A DNA stretch of 34,259 nucleotides from Candidatus Parcubacteria bacterium (GTDB lineage: Bacteria > Patescibacteriota > Minisyncoccia > UBA6257 > JAPLYJ01), in assembly GCA_026395655.1 (NCBI GenBank), contig JAPLYJ010000064.1:1-34259 (forward strand), read 5' to 3'. The stretch's first letter is position 1; the number at the start of each line of letters is the position of its first letter. The position numbers were made by a program, and so were the translations under genes. Of this stretch, positions 32,529-34,259 are shown in pieces. Below the pieces are notes generated by a model, which saw nothing but the letters and a program-made list of their open reading frames with translations, ran no database searches and was not told where the DNA came from.

Positions 32529-32641
32529 TTCAGATTATAAATTAAAAATAATTTGTAGTTTGAAAGAAGGGGATATTAGCTCTTTAAAAAACATTTTTGC
32601 AAGGAATACAATTATATTTTAGATGTAGTTGTATTCCTCGC
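32529..32641 (+). repeat. Third, partial module copy (box retained, different leader hairpin)
   Basis: 32529-32565 matches the box at 30759-30795 and 31715-31751. This is followed by the hairpin GCAAGGAATACAA...TTGTATTCCTCGC (32599-32641). Confidence 0.7.
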
Positions 32642-32689
32642 AAAAAGATAGCCACTAAAAACTATACGTGGCAGAAAGGAGGTAATAAA

Positions 32690-33076
32690 ATGAAAGAATT
32701 GGAAGATGCTTTCAACTTTTTGGATAAAAAAATCCAAGAAGTAAAAGATGAGGAAGAGGCAACAAAAAAACGTGCTGCCATTTTTCCCGAAACTGCCCTG
32801 AAGTTGTTACAAAGGGCAACTAGAGAGACAGTGCATATTCTTCTGCCTCACTCCACAGGCAAAATGTGCCTAATCTTTTCACCTCCCATCGAAAAGATTC
32901 AAAAATGGTGGCTTTGCATATATCATGGAGAGCCATTATCGTTTGTTTTTGACGACGACGGATGGGCCAATAACATGCTCGTCAAAGAATGCCTCCAGGC
33001 GTTTATTGATAGGGCTGTTGAGCCCAAAGTATTTCTGGCTTTTCCCAAAGAGCCAGAAATGTTTCCTCAAGTTTAA
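32690..33076 (+). CDS. Hypothetical protein (128 aa)
   Basis: SD aAAGGAGGtaataaaATG at the internal Met of ORF 32597-33076. Protein-like sequence (MKELEDAFNFLDKKIQEVKDEEE...). No motif recognised. Confidence 0.55.
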   Translation: MKELEDAFNFLDKKIQEVKDEEEATKKRAAIFPETALKLLQRATRETVHILLPHSTGKMCLIFSPPIEKIQKWWLCIYHGEPLSFVFDDDGWANNMLVKECLQAFIDRAVEPKVFLAFPKEPEMFPQV

Positions 33077-33167
33077 CTTTAACGTTAGCTCTTTCTGATG
33101 CGAGGCAGAAAGGAAAAAAATGGGGGAGGGATAAATAACATTCCTCCCCAATTTCTCATAAAAAAAA

Positions 33168-33195
33168 TTGACAGTTAATCTCAGTTTGATAATAT
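33168..33195 (+). promoter_or_regulatory. Consensus sigma70-type promoter for the rod-like RNA
   Basis: TTGACA (33168-33173), 16 nt, TAATAT (33190-33195). Confidence 0.55.
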
Positions 33196-33202
33196 TAAAG
33201 TA

Positions 33203-33323
33203 CAAACAAGAACCGCTTAGAGGCGGACTAAAGTGAAGAAGTGATGTCCATCTTTCGGGGTGGAGGAATCTCTCTCCTTACATCATTAATTCATATTTGG
33301 TCTGCCCTTAAGCGGTTTTTTTT
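33203..33323 (+). ncRNA. Candidate rod-like small RNA (about 115 nt), unknown class
   Basis: Long closing helix AACCGCTTAGAGGCGGAC / GTCTGCCCTTAAGCGGTT. Inner GTGATGT/ACATCAT helix. Apical hairpin with a UUCG loop. Followed by TTTTTTT. No ORF. Confidence 0.45.
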
Positions 33324-33342
33324 ATTTTTTAAAAAATATTTC

Positions 33343-33370
33343 TTGCCAAAATATGTTAAAAGTGTATAAT
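33343..33370 (+). promoter_or_regulatory. Promoter of tRNA-Lys
   Basis: TTGCCA, 16 nt, TATAAT (33365-33370). The tRNA 5' end lies about 10 nt downstream. Confidence 0.55.
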
Positions 33371-33379
33371 ATTTTTTAT

Positions 33380-33452
33380 GCCTCCATAGCTCAATTGGTA
33401 GAGCAATAGCCTTTTAAGCTAGTGGTTGCAGGTCCGAGTCCTGCTGGAGGCA
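33380..33452 (+). tRNA. tRNA-Lys (anticodon UUU), 73 nt, no encoded CCA
   Basis: Cloverleaf folded by hand: GCCTCCA TA GCTC AATTGGTA GAGC A ATAGC CTTTTAA GCTAG TGGTT GCAGG TCCGAGT CCTGC TGGAGGC A. Confidence 0.88.
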
Positions 33453-33476
33453 CAATTTAAAAAAATTAATAAAAAT

Positions 33477-34259
33477 ATGTTTAAATTAGATCTCAAAAAA
33501 AAGTCTTGGCTCACAACAATTATCATTTTTGTTTTAGCCATCTTAGCTGTTTTCTACGTGTATCCTGCGCCATGGAATAATCTAGCTATTAAAATTAATA
33601 ACAGTCAGAAAGCTAAATACAATCGTGTTATTGTTCATTTTCCATATTTTATCAACAAACCTTTTAGCTTGGGCTTAGATTTAATTGGAGGTACGGCTTT
33701 AACTTATAAAGCAGATTTATCTAATATTGCTCCTTCAAATTACACTAATGCCATGGATGGTTTGCGTGATGTTATTGAAAGAAGGGTAAACTTTTTTGGA
33801 GCTAAAGAACCTAGAATCGCTGTAGAAAAAGTAGGGGATGAATGGCGTTTGGTTGCAGAATTAGCTGGTATCACTGATATTAAAGAAGCTATCGCTGCCA
33901 TCGGAGAAACACCTTTTTTGGAATTCAAAGAAGCTAGAACCGATGAAGAAACTAAAAGTATTTTAGAACTTCAAAAAGCAGAATCTGTAAAACCAGAACC
34001 TGACATTACTATCTTGTCCCAAGATCCATATTTCAAACCTACCAGCTTAAATGGTAGATATCTTAAAACTGCCAATGTACAATTTGATTCTACAACTAAC
34101 GAACCTATCATTGATATCCAATTTGATGAACAAGGTTCTCAGATTTTTCAAGAATTAACAAAAAATAATATTAACAAACCTTTAGCTATTTATTTAGATG
34201 GTGCCCCTATCAGTACCCCAGTAGTACGTGAAGAAATTTCTGGAGGTAAAGCACAAATC
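33477..34259 (+). CDS. secD: Protein translocase subunit SecD, 3' end beyond the window
   Basis: MFKLDLKKKSWLTTIIIFVLAIL (TM), LGLDLIGGTALTYKAD, VIERRVNFFGAKEPRIAVEKVGDEWRLVAELAGI. Open to the last base of the window. Confidence 0.85.
   Translation, partial: MFKLDLKKKSWLTTIIIFVLAILAVFYVYPAPWNNLAIKINNSQKAKYNRVIVHFPYFINKPFSLGLDLIGGTALTYKADLSNIAPSNYTNAMDGLRDVIERRVNFFGAKEPRIAVEKVGDEWRLVAELAGITDIKEAIAAIGETPFLEFKEARTDEETKSILELQKAESVKPEPDITILSQDPYFKPTSLNGRYLKTANVQFDSTTNEPIIDIQFDEQGSQIFQELTKNNINKPLAIYLDGAPISTPVVREEISGGKAQI

Noticed and set aside
32597-32689. Longer version of the last island ORF, starting at TTG 32597
   Set aside because: The extension covers the leader hairpin 32599-32641 and has no SD. 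The internal ATG at 32690 has a perfect AGGAGG at optimal spacing.
29672-33323. Identification of the structured RNAs as tmRNA, RNase P RNA, SRP/4.5S RNA, 6S RNA, a group II intron or a known riboswitch
   Set aside because: I looked for hallmark strings: the GGGGCUGA start with a tRNA-like CCACCA end, GAGGAAAGUCC, the SRP domain IV AGGUCAGG..GGAA..AGCAGCC, and the domain V consensus. None were found. A by-eye search cannot exclude divergent members, so Rfam scanning is still needed.
29622-33330. The hairpin-rich island as a CRISPR array, integron cassette array, IS/transposon or prophage remnant
   Set aside because: The hairpins all differ in sequence, so there is no repeat-spacer periodicity. 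There is no integrase, transposase, terminal inverted repeats or attC-like conserved cores. I found no duplication of the tRNA-Lys 3' end at the far border.

Overview
This is an AT-rich, tightly packed bacterial chromosome segment. Its gene content and style resemble a small-genome CPR/Patescibacteria-type organism (inference only). It uses the standard genetic code: both TGA and TAG serve as stops.

The backbone is housekeeping: uvrB, uvrA, two DUF3298-like proteins, typA, a GH3 NagZ-like enzyme, a short uvrC, tsaC, a NuoF-like/[FeFe]-hydrogenase pair, a HIT protein, a SIS protein, a GT2 synthase, efp plus epmA on the minus strand, and tRNA-Lys plus secD at the right end. Backbone genes have essentially no Shine-Dalgarno (SD) sequences.

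Four things stand out.

1. At 23.6-29.6 kb there is a three-gene nucleotide/RNA-centred module with no CRISPR-Cas nearby. It comprises a CYTH-uridine-kinase-like-CYTH triple fusion, a Csx3-like (possibly tandem) protein, and a 1087-aa protein with about eight 34-residue helical repeats and a C-terminal GNAT.

2. Directly downstream, at 29.6-33.3 kb, lies a 3.7-kb stretch that is visibly more G+C-rich and has almost no long ORFs. It is saturated with consensus sigma70-type promoters, AGGAG motifs, perfect hairpins, terminators and small ORFs. It includes a tandemly duplicated module of about 0.8-0.95 kb whose hairpins are preserved by wobble or compensatory changes.

3. Two further stand-alone cassettes (11.08-11.97 kb and 22.7-23.5 kb) share that foreign-looking style: higher G+C, a strong SD and their own terminators.

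4. Perfect tandem duplications of 37 bp and 29 bp frameshift uvrA and typA.

All functional calls come from motifs read by eye. No searches or computations were run.
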